Assembly (NCBI GenBank): GCA_964016885.1
Contig: OZ024757.1
Span: forward strand, 14,942,001-15,006,000
Direction: 5' to 3'
Length of the DNA stretch: 64,000 nucleotides
DNA from: Eledone cirrhosa
Lineage: Eukaryota
Part shown: piece by piece, positions 53,166 through 64,000 of the stretch
How positions within the stretch are numbered: position 1 is the stretch's first letter
Layout: the number at the start of each line of letters is the position of its first letter
The notes under the pieces: generated by a model
What the model was told of the DNA's origin: nothing
The model's input: the letters and a program-made list of their open reading frames with translations, nothing else
The model's database searches: none
Position numbers and translations under genes: made by a program

Positions 53166-53833
53166 GATATATATACATATACATGTATGTATGTCTCTTG
53201 GTATAAACTATACTATACATACATATACATACATATACACACACATACATACATTCACATACATACACACACACAAACACATACATACACACATATACAT
53301 ATATATATACATATATATATACATACATATACACACACACATATATATATATATATATACACACATATGCACACACACATACATACACATACACACATAC
53401 AAATACATACACATAAACACATATACACATACACGCACTCGTTCACACACATATACATGTATCTATATATATATATATATATTTTGAAAAAGTAGTGGGA
53501 CAAATTATAAACTGAGCCTGATAGAAGATTAAAATAATTATTATCACTACTAAATTATTAATATTATCATCAAGTAATTAATTATTCATTATTTACCATT
53601 CACTATTCATTACCTATCCTTTATCTTTCATCCATTCGTTACTTAATCATTCACTTATTAATTAATAAATAAATGAATTAACTAACAAACAAACGCAAGA
53701 AACCAGCCTCTGTACCACACCATTGTTTGTGCTACATCAAAAATAAACGTATATTTCCTCTCTAATTTCTGCTGTTGAAATCATTATTATGTCACTCGTA
53801 TCTCGATAACATCTATAACTAATACTGCTAAAG

Positions 53834-53848
53834 TGGTGACCCCGACGT
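53834..53848 (+). promoter_or_regulatory. Primer-binding site complementary to the tRNA-Trp 3' end
   Basis: TGGTGACCCCGACGT directly after the 5' LTR. Confidence 0.85.
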
Positions 53849-55125
53849 AAGAATTTAACGCAGCCCTTCTTTTTCATTCAGTTGAACTTTTATTGCCATG
53901 TTGCCGGCTTTTTCGCAACTTGCGAAGATACAATATATTCCTTTCAGAGTTTTTTTTGAAAAATTAGTATTTCAAAAACTTTTTGCTACACTCGGCAACA
54001 ACAACGACAGCAGCGACAACATTGTTTAACCACTGACCAAAACAGGGAATAGTGAGTGGCAGCTTCATAGCCTTACCGACGCAAACCACCACACATCGGA
54101 AATATCAAAACGATTCATTCGTGTAAATAATTTAGAGCAGCCTTTTTGATTTACTTGAATATTTCATTGCCGTTGCCAACTTTTTCGCAACTTACAAAAA
54201 AAAAAAAGAAAAAAAAGAGTATTTTTCCAAGGTGACGTTGCGTTCCTTCCCAGTTTTGTAATTTCCCGACGAACACATTTTTTGAATTGCGTGTGTGTTC
54301 CATTGTAGCAGTGAATAAAATGTATTTTCCTTCTGCGGAGGAATGGTGTTACGGAGGTAAGTTGGCTGAAGTGTGAGCCAATCAAAACCTTCGGCGCACT
54401 AATTCGACTGTCCAGAACTACGTCACCAGCGTGAGCGGAGGTGACCAAGAGAGTCATTAGTCTACACGCACCTCTCTTATTGACAAGACCAGGCTACACT
54501 CATCGCTGCTAACAACATCTCCATCTTGCAATGAAGCGGACCAAGCTACATCCTACACATGTAGATACGACCTGTACCTAATGTATCCGTTCAACATGTA
54601 CGACTAATAAATAGAGTTACAACATCGATAATGGATTTAGTCAATATTCTAAATGCCTTCTGATCTCTATTATGTATATTAAGAATTGACCCTAAAACCC
54701 GTTATACCATGACTGATCAAGAGAGAAGAGAAGAAACTTTTTTTTGTGAACATTACTGCTCCGCATGGGGATATACATGCCTTACCTTTTTCTAAGGGAT
54801 TTTTAGCCACTCGCTACCTTTGTTGATATCCAACATGGATATATTTTAAAAAACAAACATTTTTTTTTTCTCCTCTTTTTTACCTTATTTGATTTGGCTG
54901 GTTCGTTGAAGCAACGCGAGGGGACAGACGTTGAAGGAAAATTTTTTTTTAAAAGATATATGTATTTTATGTATTTTTCATATTTCCTAATGTTTTGAAT
55001 GTCTGTTTCTTTTTGCCCTTTAACTTTTTCTCAATATTGGCTGTTCTCTTTTTATTGTACAAGGGTACATTAATTGCTGTTTAGATATATATGTATATAT
55101 ATTTTTTTAAATTTTAAAAGTTAAC

Positions 55126-55906
55126 ATGAATGTGCCACATTTGCCCGCCTTTACTGGAAAACCAAAGATGTGGTTTGCCCAGTTACAGGCGTATTTTATG
55201 GTCTGTAAGACCGAATCTGACCAGCGCCTCGCTGTACTGATTAGCGGCCTTCCCCCTAATCTAGCAGATTCGGCCCAAGACCTAATTACATACCCCCCCC
55301 CCTCTGACTTGACGTATGAGTCTTTGAAGGGGCGAGATTTTGAGGAGGAATTGTAAGTCGGTAGAGAGTCGTTTTCGGTCATTGATCGAGGACGAACGAT
55401 TAGGTGACAGGACCCCTACCGCTTTTCTCCGGCATTTGCGGGATTTGAGCGATTCCCAAGATCAGGATAGCCCTTTCCTGAAGCAATTGTTCTTCTCTCG
55501 CCTACCTCAAGAGGTACAGGCGATCCTAGCCCATATGCTAGAGGTGAATACCCTGGATCACATTGCTGTCTCTGCTGACAAAATTGTAGAGGTGACGAAG
55601 AGAGACACTTCGAAGCCAAAGTACGTTGCTTCCTCTTCTCTTCCTCAATCACGCTCATCAGCGTCTGATGACAAATTAATCACCACAATGGAAGCCATGA
55701 CTCGTCAAATGGCGGAGTTGTGCAAGGAATTCAGGTCCTTTGGACGGCAGAGGAGCCGCTCACAACGTTATTCAACTTCTCGCCACCGTAGCCCTTCCAA
55801 CACACCAGAATCACCATATTGTTATTACCATGACAGATATGGTAAAAAAGCCGCCCGTTGTAGGCCTCCTTGTGCTTACGAGGGAAAAGACGACCAGAGT
55901 CACTAA
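55126..55906 (+). pseudogene. gag: Gypsy gag (one frameshift near 55335)
   Basis: Motifs LPAF...PKMWFAQLQAYF, LGDRTPTAFLRHLR and C-terminal CYYHDRYGKKAARCRPPC (CHCC). Confidence 0.85.
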
Positions 55907-58900
55907 CGGCGGATAGTGCGCTCTGCGAAACAACATCTAACCGCCACTTTTTCATTGAGGACCTGCTGTCAGGTAGAGCTTTTCTGGTTGACACAGGTGC
56001 AGTTTGTTCCGTATGGCCTGTGTGTTGTATGAAGGAGACTCCCCCTGAGACGCCTATTGAGTTGCAGGCAGTAAATTGTTCGCCGATTCGAACTTTCGGA
56101 CAAATCTCTTTACCTTTGCAGTTTCGTAATCTGCGGCGCGAGTTTAAATGGATATTTACTGTCGCTGCCTTGCCGTATCCGATTCTAGGCGCGGATTTTC
56201 TCCACCATTTTTCATTGACGGTGGACCTTCGTCGTAAACGCCTAATTAATGGCATCACGGGATTAACTGTTGTTGGCAAGGCAGCAGGAGTTCCAACGGT
56301 TAGCCCGACATTTTTTCTTGCTAACACCGGTGATCCTTTCCATGCGTTGTTGAACTCGTTCCCGCAACTGACTCGGGGAAATTTTCGAGTTGATGAACCA
56401 ACTCATACCACGGAGCACTTCATATCTACAACTGGTGCTCCCGTTTTTTCTCGTCCTCGTCGCTTGCCTCTGGACAAACTCAAAGCAGCACGATCAGAGT
56501 TTGATCATATGCTGTAAATGGGGATTATTCGTTCGTCCACGAGCCCGTGGGCGTCCCCATTACACATGGTACCGAAAGCGAATGGCGATTGGAGACCTAC
56601 TGGAGATTATCGACGCCTGAATTCGATAACGGTACCGGACCGTTATCCTATCCCTCATCTGCAAGACTTTGCGTCTTCGTTGCAGGGATGCAAGATATTC
56701 TCCAAACTGGATTTAATTCGTGCGTACCATCAAATTCCTGTCCATAAAAATGACATTCCAAAAACGGCTATAGTTACGCCATTTGGGTCTTTCGAGTTTT
56801 TGACTATGCCGTTCGGATTAAGGAATGCCGCTAGTACTTTTCAGCGGTTTATGGATGAGGTTACTCGCGGCCTCGATTTCGTCTATACCTATATTGACGA
56901 TCTGCTCATTGCTAGTTCTTCTCCAGAGCAGCATACGCACCATTTGAATCTTCTTTTCCGCCGATTGAAGGCGTATAACGTGCAGCTTAATGCACCCAAA
57001 TGTGTTTTTGGTGCTGAGTCACTGACTTTCTTGGGTCACGTCATCGATGCTGATGGTATTCGACCCCGGCCTGAGCGAGTTAAGGTCATAGAGGATTTGC
57101 CTCCACCGACCTCACTACGTCAGTTACGCCAGTTCTTAGGTCTGGTTAACTTTTATAGGCGTTTCGTGCGAAATTGTGCAAAATTGCTTTTCTCCCTGAC
57201 AGAAATTTTGAAAAATTGTCGGAGGAAGAACAAAGATATTTCTTTGACAGACACTCAACTTGCTGATTTTCAGCACACCAAAACTGTTTTGGCTAATGCT
57301 TCGTTACTGACTCACCCGGTACCCGGTGCAAAGCTAACGCTTTGTGTTGATGCATCGGATATCGCTGTGGGCGCAGTACTACAGCAAAACATCAATGGTT
57401 ACCAGCAACCGCTGGAGTTTTTTTCCAAAAAGCTAAATCCTGCTGAGACGCGCTACAGCACCTTTGGAAGAGAGCTTTTAGCCATCTATTTGGCAGTGAA
57501 ACATTTTTCACATGTGCTAGAGGGTAGACAATTTACTATCCTCACTGACCATAAACCATTGACTTTTGCTTTGAGAGCGAAGGCTGATAAATACTCGCCC
57601 AGAGAGACGAGACACCTTGATTTCATCTCGCAATATACGAGTGATATCCAGCACATTCCGGGTTCACTAAATACAGCAGCCGATACTTTGTCCTGCTTAC
57701 CCGTGACAGCGATCTCGTCATCCTCTGACATAGATCTGACTCGTTTGGCTGCGGATCAGCCTCCCCTTGAGTCATTGGATGTCACATCGCCTGAGTTTGC
57801 GAATTGCGAGATGAAATACTTGCCTCTGTCGACTGCAGTTGGCCAAATTCTCTGCGACGTCTCTTTGGACGTGCCTAGGCCCTTCGTTCCAGAGAATCAT
57901 CATCGGACCGTGTTTCTGGGATTACATAGTATCTCGCATCCAGGATCTTCTGCCACAGCAAAGCTCATATCAGCTAGATTTTTCTGGCCAAATATGAGGC
58001 GTGAAATTGCTGCTTGGTGCCGTTCCTGCGTCGCTTGCCAGAGATCAAAGGTCCATCGACACGTCAAGACTCCCCTGGGTACCTTTGCTAATCCAGATGC
58101 GCGTTTTTCACATATTCATATTGACATAGTGGGACCTTGGCCTGTCAGCGATGGTTTTTCTTATCTGCTGACCGTCATTGACCATTTTTCGAGATGGCCT
58201 GAGGCCATCCCCTTGAAAAACATCACCGCGGAGACAACAGCACGTGCTCTGGTGTCTGGATGGATCTCTCGATATGGAGTTCCATCCACAATAACTACCG
58301 ACCGTGGACGACAGTTCGAGTCGAACCTTTTCCTGGAGCTGTCAAAACTAATTGGTGCTAAACGCATTAGAACTACGGCGTACCATCCCGCTTCGAATGG
58401 TATGGTGGAGCGTTTTCACCGCCAACTGAAGGCCTCCTTAATGGCCGCAATGGACTCGGCGCATTGGAGCGAGTACCTCCCTATTGTGCTACTAGGGATT
58501 CGGTCAACGGTGAAGGTCGACTTTGGATTTTCACCGGCCGAAGTACTGTACAGTGCCCCTCTGACGTTGCCCGGGCAAATGCTTGCCCCTATTGATCTTG
58601 ATGCCCAAGATCACGCTTCCTACGTGTCCCGTTTGCGCTCCTATTTCCACGATTTTCCGCCAATGGACACTAGGAAACAAACTGTCAAGACTGCTGTCCC
58701 GAGGGATATTGCCTCGTGGGCGCATGTCTTTGTAAGGAAAGATTCTGTGAAGCCCCCGCTCACACAGCCTTACACTGGACCTTACCGTGTCTTAGCGCGC
58801 TCGGCTAAGCATTTCACGTTAGATATTAAGGGGTCCAGGGAGACAGTTACGTATTTGCCGGTTGAGCGAACGCCTGTTCCTGAACCACCATCATCGCCTG

Positions 58901-58998
58901 TCCCTACACCACCACCATCGCCACGTTACAAGACCATGACCCGTTCAGGTCGTAGGGTCCACTGGCCCAAAAAATTTTGCAGCACCGTCTATATTTAG
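55882..58998 (+). pseudogene. pol: Gypsy pol (PR-RT-RNaseH-IN) in the -1 frame; one in-frame TAA at 56515
   Basis: Motifs FLVDTGA, YIDD, DAS...RELLA...TDH, HHCC and D,D35E. Slippery heptamer G GGA AAA at 55882-55888. Confidence 0.92.
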
Positions 58999-59629
58999 AC
59001 TATGTTAGCTGCACCTTTTTTTGCCTCTGTGTTTCTGCTTTTTCTTTGCCTTGTTTTTTTTATGCATGCATGTTGTTTTTTTTGTTTTTTTTAAACATTT
59101 TTCAAATCCTTATTCTGGATTCGATTTTTGGTAGAGCGAATAGCTCCCCCTTGTTGCTTTGTTCGCCATCTTACTCCACATTTGAGTAATGACATCGATT
59201 TTCGATAATTTGAAAATCTGGCTCAGGTACTGTAGTAAGACGCCTCACGCCCCTTGATAGAACAACGCCGGTTGAGAACGCGAGAAAGAAAAGACAGACA
59301 GCCACTGGAAAGCCGACTGATCACATGCAAGAAACCAGCCTCTGTACCACACCATTGTTTGTGCTACATCAAAAATAAACGTATATTTCCTCTCTAATTT
59401 CTGCTGTTGAAATCATTATTATGTCACTCGTATCTCGATAACATCTATAACTAATACTGCTAAACCTATCCTTTATCTTTCATCCATTCGTTACTTAATC
59501 ATTCACTTATTAATTAATAAATAAATGAATTAACTAACAAACAAACAAACGAACAGATAAACAAATAAACAAATAAATAAACAAATAAATAAATAAATAA
59601 ATAAATAGATAAATAAATAAATAAAATAA

Positions 59630-61774
59630 CTAAATAAATAAATCTCGAACGTGTGCGTGCAGCAGTTCATAACTGCACGTATGCAAACATGAGCAGATAT
59701 ATACGTGAATTTGTGTGTGCGGCCACGGAACCTTACTCAGGGGCATACAACACAATATAAGACCTGGAGGGGAGGAAAGAAGGTAATAATGAGAGATGGA
59801 GGGACGGAATTGGGATGGGGTACGGGGTGGGGTGGTCAATCGGGGGGCCGGGTGGGTCTGTAGTTTTTGTAATTTGCATAGTTCTTGTGCATGCAATTAG
59901 GGGAGTGTTCCGAGATCTTGTTGAGGAGAGGGCTTTGGCGAATAGAATCTCATAGCTCTCGGAGATACAGAGGTCACAGCAATTATGGCCTCCCGTGTAA
60001 GATCGCGCTCTCTGGAGTAGTCTCCATTGGGTCTTGAAGGGGATGGAGTTCCTTTTAATGTGCCAGATGTGGGCGGCGAGTGTTGTTTGGTTAGATTTGT
60101 CTGGGCGCCGGAACGAATGTGTGTGGGCATACCAGCGAGTCTTAAAACTGTTAGAAGTCATCCCGATGTACGAGTTTCTTTTTTCATCGGGGCCTGAGAG
60201 TACATCGCATATATAGACGAGATCTTTTTTTAGACAGTTGTTGTTGAGGGGGCAGGTAGTCTTATCAGGGCAATTGCAATTGCCATCGGTTGCTGGATGG
60301 GCTTCGGAAAAGGTAGACTTATTTAGCTTCTTGACGTTATTGTTGGCTAAGTTCCTAGCTAGATTAGGTGTGGTAGAGTAGGAGAGTCTGATGGTATTCT
60401 TATTAAGGATTGTATAGTACCTATGGCAGGGAACGTACCTCTCGATGGTCGACTGTGGACCAGGTCGAATGGCGATATGGAGGGAGATGAAGACTGGAAC
60501 GGCCGAGGAAATCGTGCGGACGTTGAGAGAGGTGTTCTTGGAGCGGGGCCCTGTGGATGAACTGCTGGACAACAGCGCAGCGTTCTGCTCGGAGGCACTG
60601 AGGGAGATGCTCGATGGATGGAAGGTGGACCGTTTCTTCAGAGCGGCGCACAGGCTGAGCGGGAATGGAATCGTGGAGCAACACCACTGGACGATCAAGG
60701 CAATGGCGGAGCGGGGCCATATCTCACCAATGGAGGCAGTGTTCTGGTATAATATGTCCCCTCGGGTTGGACAGGTCGAGGAATCGGTGCCACACAGAGC
60801 AGTATTCAAATACGAGTGGCGGCACCCGTGCACGCCACCACAACGGCCAGTGGGGAGAGAGAGTGCATTCGTGCAGGTGGGCGAAGAAGTCTGGGTTAAG
60901 CCCCCAGATGCACGGTGCACATCTCAATGGGGAAGAGGAACGGTGACGGCCGTAAATTCAAAGAACAATGTGTCCGTGGACGGGGTACCACGTAATGTCC
61001 TGGATGTAAGAAGAATCACTGTGTCGACGGACTCCGAGGAAGAGGAAACCCAGAGCCCTGCCCCATTACTACGAAGATCGCAACGAAGTCGTAGACCACC
61101 GACCTGGACGGCAGACTTTCATATGCAGAGGGACGAGGGGGAAATTGATCCTTGAGATCAGGGGGGCGTGTGGGTATGGTGTGGTGTGCGGTGGGGGGGG
61201 GGAGTGCTCGACCGGAAGAGTCTGATGGTATTCTTATTAAGGATTGTATAGTACCTATGTTGGGTGGGGAAGTGTTTTTGTAAGAGAGTGAAGAAAATTT
61301 TAGCTACAGGTGTTGAAACTTCGCGGTTGAAGGGGGGGGGGCTTGTACCAGCTAATGTGCCTTCGCCTATTCTTCCTGGGTGGGCGTGGGGCTATACTAA
61401 GGTAGGTGATCTTATCTCTAAAGCTGCTGCGGGCCAGGGCCTCGTTGTAATAGGGGGCTGCTGCTCGGCGAGGCTAGATATCCTAATGGAGACACTTTTC
61501 ACTAGGTTGTCTAATATATTTTTGGGGTGGTTAGAATTAACGTCTATATATCTAAGGGATTCATTAGGTTTGTGGTACGGGTAGTAAAGGGAAGTTTCTA
61601 AGTCGAGGGTAACGTCTAGGAAGTTAGCTTTAGTTAAGTTTTCCTGAAGATTTCATCTGAATGAAACAGTACTAGTCCTGTAGAAGCTCCTTCTATACAA
61701 TAAATATATTTTACTCTGCCATGTATTGAGTACCTTACTTACTGTGGTTATCCCCGACTCAACCCGGGACCTAC

Positions 61775-61775
<1 letters not shown>
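59630..61775 (-). mobile_element. 5'-truncated Penelope-like element (thumb to GIY-YIG) with an inverted hammerhead-bearing pseudo-LTR at 61641-61775; interrupted at 60426-61216
   Basis: Peptides NFLDVTLDL...YHKPNE...SNHP (61500-61640) and RLSYSTT...CNCPDKTTCPLNNNCL...YIGMTSNSFKTRW...CDLCISE. 61641-61709 is the reverse complement of 35996-36064. Confidence 0.85.
60426..61216 (+). mobile_element. Gypsy integrase core, polypurine tract (PPT) and LTR-start fragment, flanked by a 43-bp direct duplication
   Basis: Peptide VDCGP...DNSAAF...NGIVE, homologous to 62817-63625. Duplication at 60383-60425 and 61217-61259. Confidence 0.88.
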
Positions 61776-61814
<39 letters not shown>

Positions 61815-62399
61815 TCAGGTTATCAATAATGTAGTGATAATATATCGTTACGTTAGAGATGAACAGCGTACGATATAATAGCCCCCCATATTCCCACGGA
61901 CAGGAATTTTGTAAATTATGTAATATGGAATTATTTTGTATTATGAAATCCAAAAACATTTTATTAAATAACAGAATAGAGCGATCGTTATACTGTAACC
62001 ATCGCTTAAAATCTACATTTTCATATTATAAATACCACCAGGATTGAACGCCTGTCTCTATCTCCGTTTGATTGTCAAAATAGATATTAACATTCTCTAT
62101 TAGTCTTAATTCTATCAACTCTTCTATTATTTACCATTTAATATAAACTGCTATAGATAAAATGAGATTTCTGATTTCTTAATTCAATTCCCTAATGCAT
62201 ATACCAGCTGGCTACTAGCATTGATGTTATTCAGTAGCAATCGAAATCTCCTCCCCAATTGACACTTTATAATTAATACTACTACACCAAATGACCAGCC
62301 CTGTCCACTGTCCAATTGGTCAAGTATAGATTAAAATTGGCACTCCCAAAAATTCTTATTTAGATAAAATAAACCATTTACTCATGGTATTCTCATTAG

Positions 62400-63830
62400 A
62401 AACCCGGCGGAGATGCTGATAAAGCGCCGCCTGGGAACGTTAGGAGAGCTGGCCACCGAGTTCGACCTGAAGCTGAGCGTAGTGTTCGTGCCCTCAGAGA
62501 AAAATAGGGCGGACATCTTAACTAGAGTGAAGAAAGCCTGAATGGAAGCGCCGGAGGAGGTAGAGGATGAGATAGCTGCCGTGTGTCGGTTGACCGAGTT
62601 AGACCTGAAGGGGTTACATGACATGCACCACATGGGGGTGGATAGGAGCCTGTTCCTAGCCAGGAGAATCGACTCGGACGTTAGCAGACACAGGGGGGTG
62701 GTTAGAGGCTGCGTCCGATGTCAGTCCATTGATCCCGCCCCGGGTGTACACGAAACGGGAAGCCTCCCGGTGGATCGCGACTGGAAGCGATTAGCGGTGG
62801 ATGTGACGCACTACCAGCAGGGAACGTACCTCTAGATGGTCGACTGTGGACCAGGTCGAATGGCGATATGGAGGGAGATGAAGACTGGAACGGCCGAGGA
62901 AATCGTGCAGACATTGAGAGGTGTTCTTGGAGCGGGGCCCTGTGGATGAACTGCTGATGGACAACAGCGCAGCGTTCCGCTCGGAGGCACTGAGGGAGAT
63001 GCTCGATGGATGGAAGGTGGACCGTTTCTTCAGAGCGGCGCACAGGCCGAGCGGGAATGGAATCGTGGAGCGACACCACCGGACGATCAAGGCAATGGCG
63101 GAGCGGGCCATATCTCACCAATGGAGGCAGTGTTCTGGTATAATATGTCCCCTCGGGTTGGACAGGTCGAGGAATCGGTGCCACACAGAGCAGTATTCAA
63201 ATACGAGTGGCGGCACCCGTGCACGCCACCACAACGGCCAGTGGGGAGAGAGAGTGCATTCGTGCAGGTGGGCGAAGAAGTCTGGGTTAAGCCCCCCAGA
63301 TGTACGGTGCACATCTCAATGGGGAAGGGGAACGGTGACGGCCGTAAATTCAAAGAACAATGTGTCCGTGGACGGGGTACCACGTCATGTCCTGGATGTA
63401 AGAAGAATCACTGTGTCAACGGACTCCGAGGAAGAGGAAACCCAAGATGAGGTGGAAACCCAGAGCCCTGCCCCAATACTACGAAGATCGCAACGAAGTC
63501 GTAGACCACCGACCTGGACGGCAGACTTTCATATGCAGAGGGACGAGGGGGAATTTGATCCTTGAGATCAGGGGGGCGTGTGGGTATGGTGTGGTGTGCG
63601 GTGGCCGGGGGAGTGCTCGACCGGAAGGTGTTTTTGAGTGCTCGACCGGAAGGGGTCTTTGACCGGAAGGATGCTCGACCGGAAGGGCCAGGAGAGGGCC
63701 TCTCTAGTGGTGACCAGCATACGGTGAGGACGCGTTTTGGGCAGTTCCCGGTGTTAAGCAGTCGGACGCACGTGGAAGAGGAGTACCTGCAGTGGAATTT
63801 AGCGGCGCCTGTGAAAAGCGGTAAGTGAGA
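62400..63830 (+). mobile_element. Degenerate Gypsy-like fragment: RNaseH end, integrase, PPT and partial 3' LTR (from ~63579)
   Basis: Motifs VPSEKNRADILTR, HDMHHMGV...CVRC and DN..F...NGIVERHHRTIK. AGGGGGGCG|TG junction and GACCGGAAGG repeats in the LTR. Confidence 0.82.
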
Positions 63831-63849
63831 TAGCTTTTTCTAACCACAA

Positions 63850-64000
63850 TTACTATGGGTTCTAATGATTCGGCGGAAGTAACAGATCTTGTGGGAATTT
63901 ATATCACCCACAGACTACAAGGAAAATTCAAGGATCTCCACGGTGATGATGCGCTCCTATTAGTTAAGCATATGAACAACCAGAATTTAGAAAGGATGCG
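63850..64000 (+). mobile_element. Penelope-like RT fragment running off the window end
   Basis: Peptide ITMGSNDSAEVTDLVGIY...DDALL, homologous to 52560-52690. Confidence 0.75.

Larger units (their letters stand above)
53695..59463 (+). mobile_element. Ty3/Gypsy LTR retrotransposon, CsRN1-like; truncated 5' LTR (53695-53832), full 3' LTR (59231-59463)
   Basis: The ~138-bp shared LTR segments are identical by eye. tRNA-Trp primer-binding site, CHCC gag motif, and PR-RT-RH-IN order. Confidence 0.93.

Noticed and set aside
59733-60920. 395-aa minus-strand ORF suggesting a novel fusion protein
   Set aside because: It is chance read-through from the antisense of the inserted integrase fragment into the PLE endonuclease.

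Overview
This is AT-rich eukaryotic DNA dominated by repeats and transposons. The SINE/LINE repertoire and (TA)n density suggest an octopod cephalopod, which is an inference. The only host gene found is missed by the ORF track: the last four exons (4858-4968, 6379-6435, 8779-8900, 10714-10854, + strand) of a PLP-dependent class-V C-S lyase (Egt2/cysteine-desulfhydrase-like), with a 4.4-kb 30-bp satellite apparently in its upstream intron. The rest is a nest of mobile elements: tRNA-derived SINEs, RTE and CRE non-LTR fragments, a decayed Helitron, hAT-like fold-backs, at least three Penelope-like elements (PLEs) with type-I hammerhead ribozymes and inverted pseudo-LTRs, two full-length Tx1-type LINEs, a CsRN1-like Gypsy element and further Gypsy fragments. 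Three observations stand out. (1) An apparent (ATT)n-targeting Tx1 LINE/SINE system whose (ATT)n tails regenerate its target and produce head-to-tail arrays. (2) Two Gypsy-derived inserts flanked by very long 83-bp and 43-bp duplications. (3) Fold-back junctions that repeatedly map to the hammerhead CUGANGA box. All calls were made by eye with no database search, so boundaries of decayed elements are approximate.
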